From IMG/VR virus record IMGVR_UViG_3300005662_000113, positions 1 to 35,181 of that record: a stretch of 35,181 nt of DNA; one strand, given 5' to 3'. Numbering within the stretch: position 1 is the first letter of the stretch; every line of letters starts with the position of its first letter. Shown here piece after piece: positions 28,336-35,181 of the stretch. The notes beneath the pieces were generated by a model. That model was not told where the DNA came from, searched no databases, and saw nothing but the letters and a program-made list of their open reading frames with translations. Origin of the DNA: a virus (Duplodnaviria; Caudoviricetes). Both the position numbers and the translations under genes were made by a program.

Positions 28336-31300
28336 ATGGCCTACATAATTAACAGATTTGACGGAACACAACTTACTATAGTTGATGATGGTATTTTAGA
28401 TACCAGCACTCCTGTAGGCCTAATAGGTAGAAATTATACCGGCTACGGTGAAGTTCAAAACGAAAACTTTATTTTCTTACTTGAGAACTTTTCTAATGAT
28501 AGTCCCCCTGCTCGAGCATTGAGCGGCCAAGCATGGTACGATAAAACTTCAAAAGCACTTAAAGTATATAACGGCACAGGGTGGTTATCGATCGGTAATG
28601 CTACAGTAGCAGAAACTGAACCTGCTCACAGTAACGGGGGCTTATGGCTAAAGACAACAACACAACAGTTATTTGTTAGCGACGGTACTGTATGGCGTCA
28701 AGTTGGCCCCGAAGCTGCTAGCGGATTTGCGGTCACTAAGATGACCAGCACAGTTATTAAAGATGCACTTGGTACAAATAAACCTGTTATCTTAACACAA
28801 ATTAACGGCGAAACAACATCAGTTATCGCTAATGAAGATTTCGTAATCAACTCTGAGTTTGCGATCCCGGGATTTAATCAGTTATACAGGGGTGTTAATT
28901 TAAAATCTACACATTATTTTTCTGGAAACCTAAAAGGAAACGCAGATTCTTCTACAAAGCTAGAATCGTCAAGACAGATTAACGGAATTGAATTTGACGG
29001 TACAGCTGATATTATCATTACCGCAGCTACTAATCAACCATTGAAGCCAGGCGATTATATTATTGGTTCGGAATTTAGTGGAGCATTTGAACAGACTTGG
29101 AGTATCAATGCTGAGTCAGAAAACATTCTAGGAACTGTGGTTGCTAGAAACTCAGTGGGTGGATTTTCAGCAACAACAATTAATGCTGATTTATTTGGCA
29201 ATGTTCAAGGCAATGTAACAGCAGTATCGGGAACTAGTACATTTAACAACCTAATAGCTAATGTAGTTACTGCTCCAGTAATTGACGGAAATGCCACAAC
29301 AGCAAGTAGAATACGATTCCCTAAAAAAATCAACACGATTGATTTTGATGGTTCTGCAGATATTACTCTTCCGGTCCCAGCTAATACATTAACTACAGAT
29401 ACTCTAGCGATAAATGTTGTTAATTCTAGTTTGACAACATTAGGCAAACTAGAATATCTAGAAGTCGAAGCTCCTGGTATTATTGTAGGTGACGGAAATA
29501 ACCTTAACATTAGAATTGAAGGATTTACTCCAACATTAGAGTCCGATGTCTCTAACGCATTGAAGTTAAAATTATTAACCGGATCTGTAACAGTTGCACC
29601 AACTACGGTTACATTTATTTCGGCTAACGCTGCCAATGCTGATGGTGTGTTATCTCCTGCATTGGTTCCAGACTATACATTAGGAACAGCAATTGATAGA
29701 AGACCAGTACTTGGTCTACCAAGTCACAGATGGCGTGATATCTATTCTGCCGCCGCAACACTAGACGGTTTAAAAACTAACACAATCAGCGGCAGGACAC
29801 TAGCAGATCAAGTTACCTTTACTAAGGATGTCATCGTAACAGGGAATACCTATAGTGCATTAATTGGTAATGTAACTGGCAATGTTGTTGGTAATGTAAC
29901 CGGCGCAGCAAGTTTGAATATGCTAAAGTCGGGCGATACTATGTCTGGAGACTTGTTCTGGAATACAACTGGTCGTGGGTTACAATGGTCAATGAATTCC
30001 GATAGCGCAAGTATTCGATATTACAATACCGGCGACGGCGATACAAATAGTAGATTGGAATTTAACACCGGTGATAATACCAATGAATTTTTTAGATGGA
30101 CACACACTGTTGGAGCATCAACATATGAGTCAATGCGTCTTACTCCAAATACATCTGGATCAGCAGATCTTAACATAACAGGAACTGTTAATGTTTCTGG
30201 AAATATTAATATATCTAGTGGATCGTCAACATTCCAAGGCCGAGGATCTGGAATAACTGACCTTAATGCATTTAATCTGGCATCTGGAACAGTTCCCCCA
30301 GCAAGACTAAGTGGAAATTATGCAATCAGCGTAACCGGTAATGTTACTGGTAATGTTACCGGTAATGTAACAGGAACACTAACAGGAAATGTAATAGGTA
30401 ATGTTACAGGAACAGCTAGCGGAAACTTAGCAGCATCCGGCGGAACATTAACAGGAGACCTAAATTGGTCAACATCTGGCCGTGGCTTAACTTGGAGTAT
30501 GAACACTGACGGTGCAAGTATTAGATTTTATAATACAGGCGACGGCGATACTGGCAGCAGATTAGAATTTCAAACAACTGACAACGGCAACGAATATTTC
30601 AGTTGGACACATGCCAGCGGCAGCACATTCGAATCAATGAGGCTTGTGCCAAACAGCAACGGCAATGCCGCCCTTACGGTATTTGGTAATGCTACAATTA
30701 ACGGTACAACAACCGGAACATTTACTGGTACTGGTACCGGCCTTACACTTAATGCTGGTAATCTAACAACAGGTACTGTTCCTACAGCCAGACTGTCCGG
30801 AACATATGGAATTAATATTACTGGTAACGCTGCTAGTGCCACAGTGGCACAGAGTGCAACTAACAATATTCAGCGAGTAGGCGACACAATGACAGGTAGA
30901 CTAGGACAGTCTACAGCTGGTTTCCATGCAGCTTCAAAAGAAGTTATTTCTACTAGAACTGACAGCGGATTCTACGATTGGTCCGCTCCGTCTACAGCAA
31001 ACGGTTGGCCGGTTACAGGTTCGTGGTATCACTTATTGTCATCTACACATGTAAATGACTCAAATTATTATGCTATGCAACTTAGTGCAGATTTTTATGG
31101 ACAGAATCTCTACTATCGTTCTACAGCTGGAAATGGTAACACTGCCTGGAGCAAGATTCTTCATAGCGGTAATTACAACGAATATGCTCCTACTAAATCC
31201 GGAGGAGGAGCTACAGGTACTTGGGCTATTAATATTAGCGGTCAATCTGCTACAGTAGCCAATCTCCCAAGCAGCCAAATTATAAATTCTTTAGGTTATA

Positions 31301-32130
31301 CTCCGGTTAGTCCAGGAGCATTGACTAACCAAGCAGGGACAGCTATTAATGGTACAACCGCAATTCTATCCGGTAAAGTAACAATTGCAGCAGGCAGTGA
31401 TAAAGGATTACATTTCCCAACTGATGCATTTGGCGGCAGCGGCGACTCGGCTCGTATTACATTAGAAACTGCAAGCGGCGAATCGACCCGTATGCGTTTC
31501 ACAATGACTAATGATGCCGATGATTATTTTGAATTCTCTGCACCAACTGATGCTGGCCTAAAGATGAACGGTAATACTGTTCTTCACGCAGCGAACTATT
31601 ATTTCTATTCTCCAAGCCTAACCGGCGGCAATGCCAGCGGAACATGGGATATTAACATTACCGGTAATGCAGGTACTGTAACTACACTAACATCTGGACA
31701 AATTATAGCAGCACTAGGCTACTCTCCTGCTAACGGTAGTGGTGCCGGAAATATAAACGGTGAACAAAATTATCAAGACTATAACTTAAGACGAGCAACA
31801 ATCATTGATTATAGTCTTGCTCACAATGCATTAGGTAATGTATCTGGCAGTACAACAGTAAATCTTGAATTGGGTAATTATGCATCAGCAACCGCAGTCG
31901 GAGCAGTTACTTGGACATTTGCTAATCCTCCAACTGGCACCAGAGCCGGAAGTTTAATTTTAGAATTAACCAACGGTGGTACCTATACACAATATTGGCC
32001 TGCAAGTGTTAGATGGCCTAGTGGATCAGCACCGACTCTAACTGCCAGCGGAGTTGATGTCTTAGTATTCATCACAGACGATGCCGGCAGCAATTGGCGT
32101 GCCGCGATAACAATGGCAAACAGTAGGTAA
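28336..32130 (+). CDS. Long tail fibre protein (paralogue 3) with internal duplications
   Basis: Shared N-terminal module; fibre motif RQINGIEFDGTADI present twice; GNVT repeats; duplicated knob-like blocks; C-terminal domain TWTFANPP...WPASVRWPSGSAPTLTASGVDVLVF. Confidence 0.8.
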   Translation: MAYIINRFDGTQLTIVDDGILDTSTPVGLIGRNYTGYGEVQNENFIFLLENFSNDSPPARALSGQAWYDKTSKALKVYNGTGWLSIGNATVAETEPAHSNGGLWLKTTTQQLFVSDGTVWRQVGPEAASGFAVTKMTSTVIKDALGTNKPVILTQINGETTSVIANEDFVINSEFAIPGFNQLYRGVNLKSTHYFSGNLKGNADSSTKLESSRQINGIEFDGTADIIITAATNQPLKPGDYIIGSEFSGAFEQTWSINAESENILGTVVARNSVGGFSATTINADLFGNVQGNVTAVSGTSTFNNLIANVVTAPVIDGNATTASRIRFPKKINTIDFDGSADITLPVPANTLTTDTLAINVVNSSLTTLGKLEYLEVEAPGIIVGDGNNLNIRIEGFTPTLESDVSNALKLKLLTGSVTVAPTTVTFISANAANADGVLSPALVPDYTLGTAIDRRPVLGLPSHRWRDIYSAAATLDGLKTNTISGRTLADQVTFTKDVIVTGNTYSALIGNVTGNVVGNVTGAASLNMLKSGDTMSGDLFWNTTGRGLQWSMNSDSASIRYYNTGDGDTNSRLEFNTGDNTNEFFRWTHTVGASTYESMRLTPNTSGSADLNITGTVNVSGNINISSGSSTFQGRGSGITDLNAFNLASGTVPPARLSGNYAISVTGNVTGNVTGNVTGTLTGNVIGNVTGTASGNLAASGGTLTGDLNWSTSGRGLTWSMNTDGASIRFYNTGDGDTGSRLEFQTTDNGNEYFSWTHASGSTFESMRLVPNSNGNAALTVFGNATINGTTTGTFTGTGTGLTLNAGNLTTGTVPTARLSGTYGINITGNAASATVAQSATNNIQRVGDTMTGRLGQSTAGFHAASKEVISTRTDSGFYDWSAPSTANGWPVTGSWYHLLSSTHVNDSNYYAMQLSADFYGQNLYYRSTAGNGNTAWSKILHSGNYNEYAPTKSGGGATGTWAINISGQSATVANLPSSQIINSLGYTPVSPGALTNQAGTAINGTTAILSGKVTIAAGSDKGLHFPTDAFGGSGDSARITLETASGESTRMRFTMTNDADDYFEFSAPTDAGLKMNGNTVLHAANYYFYSPSLTGGNASGTWDINITGNAGTVTTLTSGQIIAALGYSPANGSGAGNINGEQNYQDYNLRRATIIDYSLAHNALGNVSGSTTVNLELGNYASATAVGAVTWTFANPPTGTRAGSLILELTNGGTYTQYWPASVRWPSGSAPTLTASGVDVLVFITDDAGSNWRAAITMANSR
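29863..29904 (+). repeat. Degenerate 12-bp coding tandem repeat (xGNV)
   Basis: ATTGGTAATGTA ACTGGCAATGTT GTTGGTAATGTA ACCGGC encodes IGNVTGNVVGNVTG. Confidence 0.75.
30331..30414 (+). repeat. Degenerate 12-bp coding tandem repeat, 7 units (VTGN)
   Basis: GTAACCGGTAAT GTTACTGGTAAT GTTACCGGTAAT GTAACAGGAACA CTAACAGGAAAT GTAATAGGTAAT GTTACAGGAACA. Confidence 0.85.
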
Positions 32131-32133
32131 AAT

Positions 32134-35100
32134 ATGTTATCACTTGAACAAGTACTACTAGCAGCCGCGCAGTACTACAATCCAGAAGCTAGGGATCAAC
32201 AAGAATTTCCTACTCCAGGCACATATTCGTTTACTGTTCCTACAGGTGTAACATCTATATGTGCGGTCGCAATTGGCGGTGGAGGTGGAGGTGCAAGCGA
32301 TGTTAACGATGGAGGCGGTGGAGGCGGTGGCGGCCTGCAATATAGAAATGATATAACAGTTACCCCCGGAGAAACTCTTACTGTTGTAGTTGGATCGGGA
32401 GGAGCCTCTGGAGTTAATGCAGCTACAGGCGGCCCTTCTGGACTTTACAGAAGCGGTACTCAGCTGGTATATGCTACTGGTGGCGCAGGAGCCCGTAGCC
32501 AGTTTGGCGGCCCCGGCGGCGCAGCCAGCAGTAACGGAGCAACTGCTATTCCTTACGCTCCGTTAGGTAATAGCGGTTTAGGTTCAGTTAACGGCGTACT
32601 TTCAGTGGTAACAGATACCAATGTGGATGACACTTTTTATCAAATAGATTTACCATTTACTATCTACTTTTTAGGTGTAGCATATACTAGAATTTTTGTT
32701 GGGTCAAATGCATACATAACATTTTCAGCAGGCAGTAGTCTGTATTATGGATACTCGGCAAGCCAACCGCCTGGACCTCATGTGTTGATATATCCAGCCG
32801 ATCGTAGACTATACCAATTATATACTGGTCGCCTTAACGCAGGAACTAGTAATGACAAATTTGTAATTCGTCAACATGGCGGAGATTATGCTACTCCAAG
32901 TAGAACTAATATTTGGGAAGCACATTTTTACCCCAATGCAAATTATTTTGATATATTTTTTATTACTGATCCAGGCGGAAACTATGTTACTCCGGGGATT
33001 AGTAACGGTAGCACATACTTAACAAACTATGCTAGTACCGCAGGAACAGCAGTTCGAATTAGCACAGTTGATCCATCTACACCAGGAGTTGCTGGTTATA
33101 GTGGAGGAAGTGGAGGAAGTGGATCTCAAGCATTTGGAGGAAACTATCTTGCTGGTGGCGGAGGTGGTGCTGCTGGATACATAGATAATGGCGGCAACGG
33201 TGGTAATGGCAATAATTCAATAGGCCAGGGCAGTACAGGTGGTGGCGGCGGCGGCGGAAACGCAGACGACAGTCTTGCTCGAGGTGGCGGCGGCACTGGT
33301 TTACAAGGCATAGGAAATAATGGTGCCGGAAACGGTGGTGGTGGCAGTTCTTATAATGCAGTTACTAGTGTTTCTTCAACAGCATCAAACACTGGGGGAG
33401 ATTTATATCCTGTTGATCTGCATTATGCTTGGGGTAATTTCATAAACACTTACGGAGTATGGGTTACCTCTAGAGGAACAGTTGATGGTCAAACAAAAAT
33501 TGTGCAGCGTGGATTTTTTGCTCCGTATTCTGGCACATATACCATTGAGTATGCTGCTGACAATCAGATGAGATTTTTTATCGATGGAACATTAACTGCG
33601 TCGACTACTGATTTTACAAGTTCTGCTACTGTTACAACCTATATGTCTCGTGGTGAACATGTTCTTAAATTTGAAGTACAGAATTACGGTGGTGTATCTA
33701 GTTGGTACAGTAATCCAGCAGGGTTTGCTCTAACCATACGAAATAATACAGGTGTATTAGTATGGGATACACGAACTTATAGACTTTCTAATTCTGGAAA
33801 CTCTTTAGTTAGAGTACAAGCAGGTGGTACAGCAGCCAGCGGCCAAAATGGTGGAAATTATGGCGGCGGCGGTGGAGGCAGAGATACCGATGGCGGATCA
33901 GGTAGTGGAGGTGTAGGCGGCAACGGCGGAGTTCGAATTATCTGGGGTCGAGGTCGTAGCTATCCATATCAAGCTCAGGATGTTATTCCAATAACAGTTG
34001 CTTCTACGGCTGCATTAATCTTACATTATGATGCTGCTAATATTGCTAGCTATAATGGCGGAAACACAATTTATGATTTATCAGGAAATGCTAACCACGG
34101 AACAATTAGTCTAGGGTATGCTCCTGCAACAGTTCCGACCATCGGAACTAATAAAGTTATTAGATTTCCAGTTAGTCAAAATACAAAAATTGATTTTGCA
34201 GCTAACGAGTTAACAGCGTCTCGAATTACAGTTGAAATGTGGGCATTGGTAGATGACTTTGCTAATGGAATGTTCTTTGGTTGGTACATACACGACGTAT
34301 GGACTTACGGAGGCACACTTGGATTTAATACAGGTCAGGGTGATGTTTATGGTATACCAGCCGCTAGAATCAATCAACTAAACATTAGAGACCGTTGGGC
34401 ACACTATGTATTTGTTATGAATGCTGGGGATTACACACAAAATAAAATTTATATTAACGGAGTAGAGCAATCTCTAAGTCAACAATATTCTAGTCAATAT
34501 GCACCGTATGCAAATTTTAATAGCGGTAACGGTCGTATAGGAGGCTGGCGTCTTGAGAACAGTTACCAGCAGGTGATGGATCTTGGCGTCTTTAAAATTT
34601 ATAACAGACAATTAACGCAGGCTGAAATTACCACAAGTTACAATGAAAATTTGGCAAGATTTAGTACTCCTGTTTACTACACAGGTCTTTGGGGTAAACG
34701 AGTCGACGGATATTTCAATGATGATGTTAATTATTTTTCTGGAAGAACAGTAGTTGAATCTAGAGTATTCAATAGTATGGAATATGTTTCTTCTTATCAG
34801 GATCTATATAGTTGGGAATTTACAGGATATTTTCAACCTCCACAAGATGGTTATTATTACTTTTCTTTAGGATCTGATGATGCAAGTTATCTATGGATAG
34901 GATCGTCGGCGGTAACCGGATATACAACAGGAAATCCTTTAATAAACAATGGAGGCCTACACGGTTTTCGGGCTTATGCTAACTCCATTTACTTATTGGC
35001 TGGTGTTTATTATCCTATACGAATTCAGTTCGGTGAAAACTATGGTGCAGATGCAGTAATAGTTGCAGTAAACGGGCCAGGCATGCCAATTAATACCTAT

Positions 35101-35142
35101 GGCAACGGATATTTCTTCCACGACGATGGAAGCAGAATTTAA
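32134..35142 (+). CDS. Glycine-rich adhesin/receptor-binding protein with inserted beta-sandwich modules, a LamG/ConA-like domain and a C-terminal PA14/GLEYA domain
   Basis: EFPTPGTYSFTVPTGVTSICAVAIGGGGGG...VTPGETLTVVVGSGG...GGNGGVRIIW (Gly-rich domain); LILHYDAAN...DLSGNANHGT...KIYNRQLTQAEI (LamG); FTGYFQPPQDGYYYFSLGSDDASYLWIG...AGVYYPIRIQFGE (PA14/GLEYA). Confidence 0.75.
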   Translation: MLSLEQVLLAAAQYYNPEARDQQEFPTPGTYSFTVPTGVTSICAVAIGGGGGGASDVNDGGGGGGGGLQYRNDITVTPGETLTVVVGSGGASGVNAATGGPSGLYRSGTQLVYATGGAGARSQFGGPGGAASSNGATAIPYAPLGNSGLGSVNGVLSVVTDTNVDDTFYQIDLPFTIYFLGVAYTRIFVGSNAYITFSAGSSLYYGYSASQPPGPHVLIYPADRRLYQLYTGRLNAGTSNDKFVIRQHGGDYATPSRTNIWEAHFYPNANYFDIFFITDPGGNYVTPGISNGSTYLTNYASTAGTAVRISTVDPSTPGVAGYSGGSGGSGSQAFGGNYLAGGGGGAAGYIDNGGNGGNGNNSIGQGSTGGGGGGGNADDSLARGGGGTGLQGIGNNGAGNGGGGSSYNAVTSVSSTASNTGGDLYPVDLHYAWGNFINTYGVWVTSRGTVDGQTKIVQRGFFAPYSGTYTIEYAADNQMRFFIDGTLTASTTDFTSSATVTTYMSRGEHVLKFEVQNYGGVSSWYSNPAGFALTIRNNTGVLVWDTRTYRLSNSGNSLVRVQAGGTAASGQNGGNYGGGGGGRDTDGGSGSGGVGGNGGVRIIWGRGRSYPYQAQDVIPITVASTAALILHYDAANIASYNGGNTIYDLSGNANHGTISLGYAPATVPTIGTNKVIRFPVSQNTKIDFAANELTASRITVEMWALVDDFANGMFFGWYIHDVWTYGGTLGFNTGQGDVYGIPAARINQLNIRDRWAHYVFVMNAGDYTQNKIYINGVEQSLSQQYSSQYAPYANFNSGNGRIGGWRLENSYQQVMDLGVFKIYNRQLTQAEITTSYNENLARFSTPVYYTGLWGKRVDGYFNDDVNYFSGRTVVESRVFNSMEYVSSYQDLYSWEFTGYFQPPQDGYYYFSLGSDDASYLWIGSSAVTGYTTGNPLINNGGLHGFRAYANSIYLLAGVYYPIRIQFGENYGADAVIVAVNGPGMPINTYGNGYFFHDDGSRI

Positions 35143-35152
35143 GGACAACAAT

Positions 35153-35181
35153 ATGTATTATGTAAAAATAGAAGACAATCA
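35153..35181 (+). CDS. Start of the next ORF (MYYVKIEDN...), truncated; possibly a fibre assembly chaperone
   Basis: AAGGA at 35141-35145, ATG at 35153, frame open to the window end. The product guess rests only on its position after the fibre and adhesin genes. Confidence 0.5.

Noticed and set aside
29863-30414. Short direct repeats as a CRISPR array or invertible-segment sites
   Set aside because: The units are 12 bp, in frame, vary at wobble positions and encode VTGN. There are no spacers and no recombinase.
157-32340. Many short antisense and off-frame ORFs in the six-frame track
   Set aside because: All lie inside long motif-bearing plus-strand genes. Their Pro/Val/Leu-rich translations mirror Gly/Thr/Asn codons on the opposite strand, and I see no recognisable motifs.
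86-35142. Stop-codon recoding, as found in some jumbo phages
   Set aside because: Genes up to 14 kb are intact under code 11 with near-complete coding density. Stops are TAA (11 genes) and TGA (1 gene). TAG is merely unused as a primary stop.
32134-35142. Diversity-generating retroelement target in the adhesin or fibres
   Set aside because: No reverse transcriptase, no near-identical non-coding template repeat and no adenine-specific mismatch pattern seen in this window. A remote template repeat cannot be excluded.
1112-35155. Seven of twelve gene junctions are in frame, suggesting a readthrough polyprotein scheme
   Set aside because: The binomial probability is about 0.07 at p=1/3. Several junctions contain a second in-frame stop, and most downstream genes have their own RBS.

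Overview
The window is an uninterrupted, AT-rich, plus-strand virion morphogenesis cluster of a large (probably jumbo) myophage distantly related to T4-like phages. In order it encodes a tail-tube/baseplate cap-like protein with a Gly-rich N-terminus, a gp53-like wedge protein, a gp27-like hub, a gp5-like spike without lysozyme, gp25, an enlarged gp6 (1136 aa), a 4783-aa modular wedge/adhesion protein (probably gp7-like), a small structural protein, three paralogous fibre proteins sharing one N-terminal module, a Gly-rich multi-lectin adhesin, and the start of a further ORF. A divergent minus-strand gene starts at the left edge. TAAATA (T4-late-promoter-like) motifs precede three genes. I see no RNA genes, CRISPR arrays, mobile elements or stop-codon recoding. 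All family calls come from motif recognition by eye and gene order, with no database searches. The most unusual parts are the nested domain architectures of the giant protein and the terminal adhesin, and the multi-fibre set.
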